From: Bacillota bacterium
GTDB taxonomy: Bacteria; Bacillota_I; Bacilli_A; RF39; UBA660
Direction: 5' to 3'
DNA: 64,000 bases
NCBI GenBank assembly: GCA_015059485.1
Contig: SVAH01000001.1
Coordinates: forward strand, 66,724-130,723
A program made the position numbers and the translations under genes. Under the pieces are notes generated by a model. The model saw only the letters and a program-made list of their open reading frames with translations, made no database searches and was not told the origin of the DNA. Positions 18,380 to 27,474 of this stretch are shown in pieces (the first letter of the stretch is position 1; each line of letters begins with the position of its first letter).

Positions 18380-19649
18380 TCCTAATGTAGTAGTAAAAAA
18401 TATGTTTACTCCTAGTTTTAAGAATCTTAATCATATTTATAAAACTCAAAATCAAGTACATAATTCAACTATGAATATGTTTGATTATTATGCTAATGAA
18501 AAAAAGAAAGCTTTTTTTATGTTAGATTACTTTAGTGGAAAAATTGGTAAGGATAAAGAAATGAATATCATGTTTGAAAATGGAGAATATGCTACTAAAG
18601 ATGAAATAGAAAAAAGAAAAAAACAATATGCTAAGTATATAGAAAATTCTAATATTTATAAACTTGTTATTTCTTTTCCAGAAAACTATTTAGAAGAAAA
18701 TGTAGATATAAAGAAATTTGAGAAAGATTTAGCAAAACATATTATTCCAATGTTTTTAAAAAAATGTGGATTTGATGATATTAATAATATGAGTTATCAA
18801 TTTTCGCTTCATACTAATACAGATAATCTCCACTTTCATTTATCATTTGCTGAAAAGAAACCTAATTATAAAAGAACTATGAGTAAAGAACTGGTATATA
18901 GACATGCTGGTAAGTTAGAACAAAAAGAACTTGGATTTTTAAAAAATGAAATAGAACATTATATTCATAAAGAACAAGTTTTTACACCTTTGTTAAAAGA
19001 AACTAATAAAGAGATAGAAGAATTAAAAAAATATTTTAATCCTAAAGAAAAAAACTTTTTACTTAATGATAAATCAGATATTTTAATTGAAGAAAAAATA
19101 AATATATTAGGAAAACTTTTAGAAGAAAAAAGAGATTCTAAAAATCAAAAAACAAAATTTAATTCAATTAAAAATAAAGAAATAAGAGATTTAACTAAAG
19201 AAATAAAAAGTAACATTTTTTCTAAAAAAGATACAGAGCTATATAATGATTATCAAAAATTTAAAACTAGTTTAAAAGAAATTAACAAATATTTTAATGA
19301 AGTGGCTAAAAAGAATCATTCCAAAGAAGTGGATGATTCTTTTATTGAGTCTAAACAAAAATACTTAGATAATTATGTTTTAAATGCAATTGTTAATTAT
19401 GCTCAATATAAAAAAATAACGGATTCTAAAATAATACAAGAAGCTGTTTATAAAGAATATAAGAAGAACAAAAAAAGAAATAAGTTTGATATTTTAACAA
19501 GTTATTTATCTTCAAATAATAGAAAATCTCAATTTGTAAGTAAATACAAAATTAAAGAAGCTGTTAGAAATATAAATGATGAGTTAGAGCAAGCTGAAAA
19601 AGAATTTGAGAATTTATTTAAGGAGGACAAAGAACATGTATATGAGTGA
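18372..19649 (+). CDS. Relaxase (MobL-like)
   Basis: FDYY, KLVISF and SLHTNTDNLHFHLSF (HUH-type 3-His motif). Confidence 0.85.
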   Translation: MSSPNVVVKNMFTPSFKNLNHIYKTQNQVHNSTMNMFDYYANEKKKAFFMLDYFSGKIGKDKEMNIMFENGEYATKDEIEKRKKQYAKYIENSNIYKLVISFPENYLEENVDIKKFEKDLAKHIIPMFLKKCGFDDINNMSYQFSLHTNTDNLHFHLSFAEKKPNYKRTMSKELVYRHAGKLEQKELGFLKNEIEHYIHKEQVFTPLLKETNKEIEELKKYFNPKEKNFLLNDKSDILIEEKINILGKLLEEKRDSKNQKTKFNSIKNKEIRDLTKEIKSNIFSKKDTELYNDYQKFKTSLKEINKYFNEVAKKNHSKEVDDSFIESKQKYLDNYVLNAIVNYAQYKKITDSKIIQEAVYKEYKKNKKRNKFDILTSYLSSNNRKSQFVSKYKIKEAVRNINDELEQAEKEFENLFKEDKEHVYE

Positions 19650-19872
19650 AGAAGATGAGAAAAAAATCTATCATATTTTTTGTGATATTTCAAAAGTATG
19701 TAGAGATTATTTTTGGTTTAGGTTACATATGCCAAATGATGGGTGGAGTATAGATGGAGAAGTGAATGAAATGATTGATTCACTTGAATATCTTAGACAA
19801 ACTCATAAAGAACTTAGAGCAAAATATCCAGAGGAGGAAGAAGTATGGGATACAGATCAGATGTCAGAATAA
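19642..19872 (+). CDS. Hypothetical protein
   Basis: ORF overlapping the relaxase end; start uncertain. Confidence 0.55.
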   Translation: MSEEDEKKIYHIFCDISKVCRDYFWFRLHMPNDGWSIDGEVNEMIDSLEYLRQTHKELRAKYPEEEEVWDTDQMSE

Positions 19873-20276
19873 TGACTTCAAAAAAAGGATTTGATGAATT
19901 AAAAAAATTTACAGATCAATATTTAAAAGAAAAGAATTATACATATGGTAATTTACTTGATCAATTAGATATAAATCATGAAACAAAATATGCTAAATAT
20001 ATCGGCTGGAATTCTATTAAATGGTATGAATATTCGAGTTCGGATTATGATGATGTTAATGCAATTATGGATGGATTAAGTCATTTAAAAGATAAAGATT
20101 TATCTTATAGATATGCAAGGATCGGAGAATCATATGATGATTATGATGAACATTATTATGAAAGTGAAAAAGAAGAAGAACAGGATTTAGAATATCCATC
20201 AATGGAAAGATATTTTGATGATGATTATGTAATTGATAATATGAAACTTGATGCTAAAGAACCAGAGTTAACATAG
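19845..20276 (+). CDS. Hypothetical protein (MGYRSDV-type, phage/ICE-associated)
   Basis: GAGGAGG RBS; WNSIKWY and RIGESYDD motifs. Confidence 0.7.
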   Translation: MGYRSDVRIMTSKKGFDELKKFTDQYLKEKNYTYGNLLDQLDINHETKYAKYIGWNSIKWYEYSSSDYDDVNAIMDGLSHLKDKDLSYRYARIGESYDDYDEHYYESEKEEEQDLEYPSMERYFDDDYVIDNMKLDAKEPELT

Positions 20277-20285
20277 AGGTATATT

Positions 20286-20735
20286 ATGTATGATGATATT
20301 TTAAAAGACTTAGAAACTAATTTAAGTTTTACATATGGAAATAATATAACTCAATATGATAGTGGATATATATGCGATGTATTTTCTGAAATAGCTGATA
20401 GTAATGTAGATATTTATACTTCTGATTTATTTGAATGGGGGAAAAGTAATATGTACTATATTGATGAAGCTACTAAAGAATTTGGTAATCCTAATGATAT
20501 ATTAAGGCAAATTCAACAAGGACAATACTATGCATATGAACAAGAATTATATGAGAATCAAGATGATATTATTAAGTATTTTGCATATTCATATTTAAAA
20601 GATAATAATATTAAATTAAATATTGATCAAGAAGAAGATTTAGATGATTATTTATCAAGTGTAGATTCAAATGATAAATTAGAAGATATAATTGATTATT
20701 GTAGAAATATTAATAAGGATTATGAATTAGCATGA
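20286..20735 (+). CDS. Hypothetical acidic protein
   Basis: Highly acidic; EIADSNVDIYTSDL loosely recalls Ocr-like DNA mimics (unverified). Confidence 0.65.
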   Translation: MYDDILKDLETNLSFTYGNNITQYDSGYICDVFSEIADSNVDIYTSDLFEWGKSNMYYIDEATKEFGNPNDILRQIQQGQYYAYEQELYENQDDIIKYFAYSYLKDNNIKLNIDQEEDLDDYLSSVDSNDKLEDIIDYCRNINKDYELA

Positions 20736-22729
20736 ATATAGGATTAATTGTTTTACTTGTAGTAATGATTATTTTTATTATTGGATTTATGTATATTGAA
20801 CCTATTTTAATGAAACATAAAGTAAAGAATGATAATGAGTATGGCTCTGCTAGATTTAGTACAAATAAAGAGATTAAAAAGAACTTTAAAAAAGAAAGTA
20901 TTTATCATATAAAGGAAGCTGGGTTTCCAGTTTCTTTTAGTAAGAATTTAAAAAGTATTTATTTTGATAGAGAAACACCTCATTATGTTTATTTAGGATC
21001 AACTGGATCTGGTAAATCAGTAACAGCAGTAATACCAACTTGTACTTTTATTTCAAAAGCAAAGAAAAAAAGAAGTGTTTTTATTACCGACCCAAAAGGG
21101 GAGATTTATCAATCAACATCGAAGATGTTTCAACATCAAGGGTATAGAATATTAACTATAGATTTTAGGAATCCAGAAAAATCAAATAAAATAAATATAC
21201 TAGAACCAGTAATAAAAGAATATGAAGAATACATAAACTATGAAAAATTATCACTTGAATCAGATAATGAAAATGATAAATTAAATTACAATAATAAATC
21301 TATGAGTTGTTTAGCTGAAACAAATAGATTAATATCTTCACTTGCAACAATGGTTATGCAAGATAAAGTAGAACAGAAAGATCCATTTTGGAATGAATCT
21401 GCTAAGAACTTATTAGAAGGTCTAATTGGATTCTTCTTAGAAGAATATAAAATTGGTAATATTACTAGAGAAAAAATAACTATGACTTCTATTAGAAAGT
21501 TTCAAAATAGTTCTATGGAAGAAAATAACTTTAAAAAATTTAAAGATTATATTAATACTAAATCATATGGAAGTAAGTCTAAAGATGCTTTAGTAAGTAT
21601 ATTAAGTGCTAGTGAAAATACATATAAATCAATTACAGCAGTATTTGGTCAAAAAATGAATATATTTGACGATATTAATGTAGCAAATGTTACTAGTACA
21701 AGTGATTTTGATTTTAATATATTAGGAAGTGAACCAGTAGCTTTGTATGTAATTGTTCCAGATGAAGATAAAACATACTTTACTTTAGTAACAATTATAG
21801 TAGGATTACTATATAGAGATTTAGTAAAACTTGCTAATAGTAATGATAAAAAGAAATTACCTTATGAAATTGATTTTATACTAGATGAGTTTGCTAACTG
21901 TCCACCACTTGCTGATATAGAAGCAATAGTTTCAGTAGCAAGATCTAGAGGTATGCATTTTCATTTCTTTATACAATCATTTTCTCAATTAGATAATGTA
22001 TATGGAAAAGAAGTAGCACAAATTATTTTGGATAACTGTGGTCTTGTTTATTTAAAGACAAATACACAAGAAACAGCAGAAGCCATTTCCAAAAGATTAG
22101 GTAAGAAAACTATTGAATCTAATAGTATGAGGCAATCTGTTTCTCTTATGAATTATAACGGAGATAAAACAACTAATTTAATTGGTAGAGATTTAATGAC
22201 TCCAGAAGAAGTAAAACAACTTCATTATAAAACTATAATATTTCCTATAATTGGTTTTCCAATTTTTAGGGATACTGTTTTGTATAATAAATTTAGTTGT
22301 TATGAATCTGGTAGAGTAGAAAGGGAATCTAATCCATTAAAAGATTTATCTTATACATACTTTACTGTAGAACAAATAAAACATGAGATTAAAGAAAAAA
22401 GAAAACCTAATCCAAGAGAAATTAAAGAAATGAATCAATCTTTAGAACAAGCTGATAAAGATAATTTAAAACCTGTAGAAGAGATAATTGATAAAATTTT
22501 CAAAAAAGGATATCAATTAAAATATCTATCTAGCCCTAATCATAGAATATATATGAAAGTAACTATAAATAAATTATTAGTTCAAAAAGAAAAATCACTA
22601 TTGAGTAAAAAAATCAAAGAAGAATATTATCATTTTCAAATTATTGAAAAAGATAATAAAACTGTAATAGAAGTTCATAATGAAAATCCTGATATGAGTT
22701 TATTAAATAATATAAATAATGCGAGGTAG
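20732..22729 (+). CDS. virD4: VirD4/TraG type IV coupling protein
   Basis: YGSARF, GSTGSGKS, TDPKGE, DPFW, ILDEFAN, QSFSQL..VYG and GRDLMTPEE motifs. Confidence 0.92.
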   Translation: MNIGLIVLLVVMIIFIIGFMYIEPILMKHKVKNDNEYGSARFSTNKEIKKNFKKESIYHIKEAGFPVSFSKNLKSIYFDRETPHYVYLGSTGSGKSVTAVIPTCTFISKAKKKRSVFITDPKGEIYQSTSKMFQHQGYRILTIDFRNPEKSNKINILEPVIKEYEEYINYEKLSLESDNENDKLNYNNKSMSCLAETNRLISSLATMVMQDKVEQKDPFWNESAKNLLEGLIGFFLEEYKIGNITREKITMTSIRKFQNSSMEENNFKKFKDYINTKSYGSKSKDALVSILSASENTYKSITAVFGQKMNIFDDINVANVTSTSDFDFNILGSEPVALYVIVPDEDKTYFTLVTIIVGLLYRDLVKLANSNDKKKLPYEIDFILDEFANCPPLADIEAIVSVARSRGMHFHFFIQSFSQLDNVYGKEVAQIILDNCGLVYLKTNTQETAEAISKRLGKKTIESNSMRQSVSLMNYNGDKTTNLIGRDLMTPEEVKQLHYKTIIFPIIGFPIFRDTVLYNKFSCYESGRVERESNPLKDLSYTYFTVEQIKHEIKEKRKPNPREIKEMNQSLEQADKDNLKPVEEIIDKIFKKGYQLKYLSSPNHRIYMKVTINKLLVQKEKSLLSKKIKEEYYHFQIIEKDNKTVIEVHNENPDMSLLNNINNAR

Positions 22730-22753
22730 CCCCATTCGGACTACCTCTTTTTT
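22723..22753 (+). terminator. Intrinsic terminator ending the conjugation block
   Basis: gaggtag...ctacctc followed by a T-run. Confidence 0.7.
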
Positions 22754-22829
22754 CTTGCAAAAAATTCTTGTATATTTTAAACTAATTATAGTAACAATCC
22801 TATTTTATCGTTAACAGCTTTACGTATAT

Positions 22830-22858
22830 TTGACAAAATAACGTTTTTGTGCTATTAT
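22830..22858 (+). promoter_or_regulatory. Sigma-A promoter
   Basis: TTGACA-17 bp-TATTAT with TG extension. Confidence 0.7.
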
Positions 22859-22901
22859 ATACAGCCAAACAAAGGGATTGGTTTGATTGTGAGGGGTTTA
22901 T

Positions 22902-24623
22902 ATGAAAAATATTAATGAAACCAAATATAATTATATGCTTGAACAAAACAAAGATTATATGGATTTAACAGCTTTGTCTTTTGGTGATAGAAAAATAACT
23001 TATGAAGAAATGCATGATAGAATAGAAAAATATGTTAGATTATTATATTCAAAAGGAGTAAGACAAGGAGATGTTATAGGTATTTGTGCATATAATACTC
23101 CAGAGTCTGTATATTTACTTTACGCTTTAGATATCATTGGAGCTATAGTTGTAGGATATAGCCCATTTGATAATAAAGAAAAAACTAAATTAGACATAGA
23201 AATGACTAAGCCTAAAATGGTTATTAGTGTTGATATGTGCTACAGTAATTTTAAAGATTGGGAAAAAGCTTTAAACTTTTCTACAATATTATATTCACCA
23301 GTTGATTCGTTAGATGATATGAAAATCAAAGTTGGATACAAATTATTACAATTAAAAAATGGTAATTTTAAGTTATCAAAAAATAGTAATTTAAAATCAT
23401 TATTAAAGAAAAATTATAGTGATGTTGATTATGTAAAAGCTCCATTTGAACAAGATGGATTAAGAGACATTTTATTTACAGGTGGATCAACAGGAGTTCA
23501 TAAGGGTGTTGAATTATCAGATAATGGATTAAATTCAGTAGTTGAGGGTATGAATTCTATATTTTCAGCTGAACCAGGTATGATTCATTTAGGTAATATT
23601 CCATTTGGTCATATGGCTTATGGTCGTTCAATATTACATTATGCCTTATGTAATAATATGGAATATGCTTTAACACTTAAAGCTATGCCAAGTGATCTAT
23701 ATGATGAAATTGTTAGAACTCATGCGAATGCTGCTGTTGGTGGTCCTCCACATTGGGTTTCTTTAATTGAACAACAAGGAGATAAATTTGTTCCTAGTAG
23801 CAGATTAAAACCTGGTTCGCTTAGTGAATTACATTATGCTACTTCTGGTGGTGAAGCTAAAAAAGAATCAACAGAAAATGCTATAAATGAAGCTTTAAAA
23901 TATTGTGGTAGCGATGCTAAATTAGGTGATGGATTAGGAGCAACTGAAACTTGGGCTTCTATGATGATTAATAATGGTAAAATTCATCATAGTGGAACAG
24001 TGGGTGAACCTATATCTACATTAGAAGTTAAATTAGTAGATCCTGATACTGGAAAAGAAGTAAAAGACGGAGAAAAAGGATTGCTTTATGTTTCTGGACC
24101 TTCTGTTATGATTGGATATCATAATAATCCAGAAGAAACTGAAAAAGTAATATCTTATGATGAAAACGGTAAAAGATGGATTAATATAGGAGATTTCTTA
24201 ATGAAGACACCTGATGGTGAGTTTAAATATGTTGGAAGACAAAAAAGAAACTTCGTATCAGGTTGTGATAATATCTATCCAGAAGAATTAGAAAATTTAT
24301 TATTAACCATTCCAGAAATAAGAGAAGTTGTTGTTACACCTATATCTGATGAAATGGTTCAATATATTCCTAGATATCATATATCATTATATGATACAGA
24401 TATTGATTATAAAGATTTAGAAGAAAGAATAAATGCATTAGTTATGTCAAAATTAAATGAAAACTGGTTACCTGGTTCAATTGCATACTATGATAAACCA
24501 CTTGAAAGAATGCAAAATTCTAAAGTTAATATTTCATATTATAAGGAATTAGATCAAAAAGCATTAGAAAATAATGAAATTGATAACACTAGTGCTAAAC
24601 AATTAAGATTAAGAAAAATATAA
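22902..24623 (+). CDS. Class I adenylate-forming enzyme (acyl-CoA synthetase-like)
   Basis: FTGGSTGVHKG, GLGATE, GPSVMIGY, IGD, GR..R and IYPEELE motifs. Confidence 0.85.
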   Translation: MKNINETKYNYMLEQNKDYMDLTALSFGDRKITYEEMHDRIEKYVRLLYSKGVRQGDVIGICAYNTPESVYLLYALDIIGAIVVGYSPFDNKEKTKLDIEMTKPKMVISVDMCYSNFKDWEKALNFSTILYSPVDSLDDMKIKVGYKLLQLKNGNFKLSKNSNLKSLLKKNYSDVDYVKAPFEQDGLRDILFTGGSTGVHKGVELSDNGLNSVVEGMNSIFSAEPGMIHLGNIPFGHMAYGRSILHYALCNNMEYALTLKAMPSDLYDEIVRTHANAAVGGPPHWVSLIEQQGDKFVPSSRLKPGSLSELHYATSGGEAKKESTENAINEALKYCGSDAKLGDGLGATETWASMMINNGKIHHSGTVGEPISTLEVKLVDPDTGKEVKDGEKGLLYVSGPSVMIGYHNNPEETEKVISYDENGKRWINIGDFLMKTPDGEFKYVGRQKRNFVSGCDNIYPEELENLLLTIPEIREVVVTPISDEMVQYIPRYHISLYDTDIDYKDLEERINALVMSKLNENWLPGSIAYYDKPLERMQNSKVNISYYKELDQKALENNEIDNTSAKQLRLRKI

Positions 24624-24697
24624 GAAATTGCTTCTTATATTTTTTTTGTAAAAAAATGTAAAAATGTGGTATAATTATTATAGTATGGGGTGAAATC

Positions 24698-26848
24698 ATG
24701 GGAATAGGTGTTTATTTTTCAACAAGTTCATTTATAATAATAACCATTTTAACATATATATTTTATTCTAAAAAAAGGGTAGAAAATGTTGAAACAAAAA
24801 CATATGGTAAAATATTATTCTTGACTTTATTTGGATTATTTATGGAAGTTGCTACATGTATTTGGTTTGTAACTGGTGTTAGTTTGGATAATGTTCTTTA
24901 TCAATTTGCTTCTAAATTAACTTCTTCATATTATATGATGTGGAGTGGATTATTTGTAAATTATTTAATTGATATATGTAATATTAATAAAACTTTTAAA
25001 AAAGGATTTAATATATTTAATATAATTGGATTTGTAGCAATATTAATCCTTCCAATATCTTATAATACAGCTAAAATGGGTGTCCTTCCTATAGGACCTG
25101 CAATATATTTAACATATCTAATATGCTTAATTTATGCTATTCTTGATTTAGTTATTTGCTTAAAATACAGAAAGAAAATAGCAAGTTCTAAATTTACCCC
25201 AGTATATACTTTATTGCTTTTAGGTGGTATTGATATTGTGTTAGGTGTATTCTTCCCATCACTTTTCTTAATCGGTTATGTATATTCATTAATTGTAATT
25301 ATAATGTATTTTACAATTGAAAATCCTGATATTAAATTAGTAAAACAAATGCAACTTGCTAAAGATCAAGCTGAGAGAGCTAACAATGCAAAAAGTGATT
25401 TCTTATCAAGTATGAGTCACGAAATAAGAACACCTTTAAATGCAATTGTTGGATTTAGCGAAGATATACAAAGTCATAAAGACACAGCTGATCCTGAAAT
25501 TGTTGAAGACGCTGATTATATTTTAGAAGCATCTAAAACATTACTTGAAATAGTTGGAAATATACTTGATATTAATAAAATTGAAAGCAATAAGATGGAA
25601 ATTACAGAAGTTGAATATAATTATAGAGAAGAAATTGAACAACTTGCTAAAATAGATGCTACAAGAATTGGTGAGAAAAATATTAATTTTAAAGTTACTT
25701 TTGCACCAGATATTCCTTATAAATTAATAGGTGATAAAACACATATTAAAGAAATAATAAATAATTTACTTACTAATGCAATTAAATATACAGATCAAGG
25801 TGAAATTGAGTTAAATACAAAATGTATTAATAAAGATAATAATTGTAATTTAATTATAAGTGTAAGAGATACTGGTAAAGGTATCAAAGCTGAAAATATA
25901 AATAAATTATTTACGAAATTTGAAAGATTAGATGCAGAAAAAAATTCCACTACAGAAGGAACAGGGTTAGGTTTAGCTATAACAAAAGCACTTGTTGAAA
26001 TGATGGGTGGAAAAATTAATGTTCAATCACAATTTGGAAAAGGTTCAATATTTATGGTACAAATTCCTCAAAAAATTAGTCAAATGGTTAATCCAGATCA
26101 AACAGTTCAAATTGATATTACATCTATTAAACAAAATATGGATCAACAGCCAGTAGTATCATCAACACCTGAAGTTGCTCAGCCAACAAGTCCTGTTATT
26201 CAACAAGTTCAATCAGTACAACCTGAAGAACCTGTTGCAACAGTTACACCTATTGAAGAATCTACAACAACTTCACAAACAGGAAAGAAGATATTAATTG
26301 TTGATGATAATAAATTAAATATTAAGGTTGCTCGTAGAGCTTTAGATGGATTTGGTTTTGAAATAGATGAATGTTATGACGGACAAGAATGTTTGGATAA
26401 AGTAGTAAATGGAAATGAATATGATTTAATTCTAATGGATATAATGATGCCAAATATGAGTGGTGAAACAGCAATAGCAAAATTAAAAGAAAAACCTAAC
26501 TTTAATATTCCTACTATAGCTTTAACAGCTGATGCTGTAGCAGGAGCTAGAGAGAAATATCTAGGTGAAGGATTTGTAGATTATATTGCTAAACCATTTA
26601 GCAAAGATCAAATAAAAGAAAAATTAGATGTAGTTTTTGGTGAAAGTTCAGAACCTAAAATCGAACAACAAGATAATAATACAGATGAAGTTGTAAAAGC
26701 TCTTTCAGATATGTCTAAACCAGTTAATGAAATAGATGTTCCAAATCAAATTGAATCAGAACCTAAATATGATCCAAATGTAGATAGATTCAAAGATGTT
26801 GAACCTCATGTGTTTGGTGGAAAAGAAGATAATAAAGGTAATGAGTAA
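24698..26848 (+). CDS. Membrane-bound hybrid sensor histidine kinase (HisKA-HATPase-REC)
   Basis: About 6-7 N-terminal TMs; [14 protein letters not shown]; NAIKYT; GTGLGL; receiver IVDD...LMDIMMP...KP. Confidence 0.9.
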   Translation: MGIGVYFSTSSFIIITILTYIFYSKKRVENVETKTYGKILFLTLFGLFMEVATCIWFVTGVSLDNVLYQFASKLTSSYYMMWSGLFVNYLIDICNINKTFKKGFNIFNIIGFVAILILPISYNTAKMGVLPIGPAIYLTYLICLIYAILDLVICLKYRKKIASSKFTPVYTLLLLGGIDIVLGVFFPSLFLIGYVYSLIVIIMYFTIENPDIKLVKQMQLAKDQAERANNAKSDFLSSMSHEIRTPLNAIVGFSEDIQSHKDTADPEIVEDADYILEASKTLLEIVGNILDINKIESNKMEITEVEYNYREEIEQLAKIDATRIGEKNINFKVTFAPDIPYKLIGDKTHIKEIINNLLTNAIKYTDQGEIELNTKCINKDNNCNLIISVRDTGKGIKAENINKLFTKFERLDAEKNSTTEGTGLGLAITKALVEMMGGKINVQSQFGKGSIFMVQIPQKISQMVNPDQTVQIDITSIKQNMDQQPVVSSTPEVAQPTSPVIQQVQSVQPEEPVATVTPIEESTTTSQTGKKILIVDDNKLNIKVARRALDGFGFEIDECYDGQECLDKVVNGNEYDLILMDIMMPNMSGETAIAKLKEKPNFNIPTIALTADAVAGAREKYLGEGFVDYIAKPFSKDQIKEKLDVVFGESSEPKIEQQDNNTDEVVKALSDMSKPVNEIDVPNQIESEPKYDPNVDRFKDVEPHVFGGKEDNKGNE

Positions 26849-26894
26849 TCATTCCTTTTTTTGTGCTATAATATAAATATAAGAGGGTGAGAGT

Positions 26895-27128
26895 ATGAAC
26901 ATAGAAAAGTTAAAAGATAAACTAGCTAAAAATAATAAAGTTATGTTTAAATTATATAGCTTAGAATATGTAATTGAATTAGTAGATAATAACTATGTTC
27001 AAATTTATTCTCCTACTTACTCAAACGATATTAGAAAATATAATAATATTAATGAACTTTTAAATAACTTTAGAGTATATAATGAAACATTGTTAGAATC
27101 AGAAAATAGAATAGTTGTATATGAATAA
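26895..27128 (+). CDS. Hypothetical protein
   Basis: RBS GAGGGTGA; upstream TGCTATAAT. Confidence 0.6.
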   Translation: MNIEKLKDKLAKNNKVMFKLYSLEYVIELVDNNYVQIYSPTYSNDIRKYNNINELLNNFRVYNETLLESENRIVVYE

Positions 27129-27145
27129 ATAAAAGAAAGGAATGA

Positions 27146-27391
27146 TTGTTGGTGGGATTATTTGATGATTTATTTGGTAATGATAAAAAGAAGAGTCAGC
27201 AAGCTTTTGGATTGTTTTCTTTTATGAATGAACAGCAAGATGAAAATAATAGTGAATATACAGATGAAGAACTAGATGCTTATGGATTAGAAGAATGGCA
27301 AAAAGAAGAAGTGAAAAAAGGTAATTATGATCCATGGAATTTCGAAGAGGAAGATTTAGAAGAAGATGATTATTATAGTGAGGATGATTAA
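27146..27391 (+). CDS. Small, very acidic hypothetical protein
   Basis: ORF with AAAGGA RBS and D/E-rich C-terminus. Confidence 0.55.
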   Translation: MLVGLFDDLFGNDKKKSQQAFGLFSFMNEQQDENNSEYTDEELDAYGLEEWQKEEVKKGNYDPWNFEEEDLEEDDYYSEDD

Positions 27392-27474
27392 TAATCATCT
27401 TTTTAAATGGAAATCGTGTGTAAATTGACAATTTTATGGTATAATTGTATTTGAGATATTTAGGTGGTGAAAAG

